Part shown: one piece after another, positions 63,951-64,000 of the stretch
Layout: every line of letters starts with the position of its first letter
Position numbering within the stretch: the first letter of the stretch is position 1
Assembly (NCBI GenBank): GCA_013265495.1
Contig: MU058365.1
Span: forward strand, 186,001 to 250,000
Reading direction: 5' to 3'
From: Vicugna vicugna
Taxonomy: Eukaryota
DNA: 64,000 bases
The notes under the pieces: generated by a model
What the model saw: only the letters and a program-made list of their open reading frames with translations
Databases searched by the model: none
What the model was told of the DNA's origin: nothing
Position numbers and translations under genes: made by a program

Positions 63951-64000
63951 CTTCCTTTGGGAAACACACCCAGGAGGCCCTCACACACTGCCTGCCCTCC

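Noticed and set aside
63169..63984. Long overlapping ORFs (242, 200 and 125 aa) in the CpG island
   Set aside because: Expected from stop-codon scarcity in GC-rich DNA; Ala/Arg/Pro/Gly-rich with no recognisable domain

Overview
Mammalian genomic DNA, probably from a camelid (inferred from the tRNA-derived SINE family), at the TEX14-SEPTIN4 locus. No prokaryote-type system, CRISPR array or RNA gene is visible. Bases 591-41112 (+) hold the last 27 coding exons of TEX14. I joined them by hand through GT-AG sites into one open frame of 3930 nt (1309 aa plus stop), covering the pseudokinase domain, the CEP55-binding region and the C-terminus; the ankyrin-repeat exons lie upstream of the window. 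A repeat-rich intergenic stretch follows, containing a TSD-flanked, exon-skipped VRK2 processed pseudogene (49750-50875, -). From 52005 (+) lies the 5' region of SEPTIN4: the large C17orf47-type first exon, a second exon with two possible outcomes, a dual-use 8-nt microexon/first exon, a frameshifted alternative first exon, and a CpG-island exon that contributes only an ATG. The most notable observations are a Gly>Ser change in the TEX14 GPPx3Y motif, the VRK2 retrocopy preserving an alternative splice form, and the compact SEPTIN4 N-terminal exon architecture. All comparisons with human proteins are from memory and need alignment to confirm.
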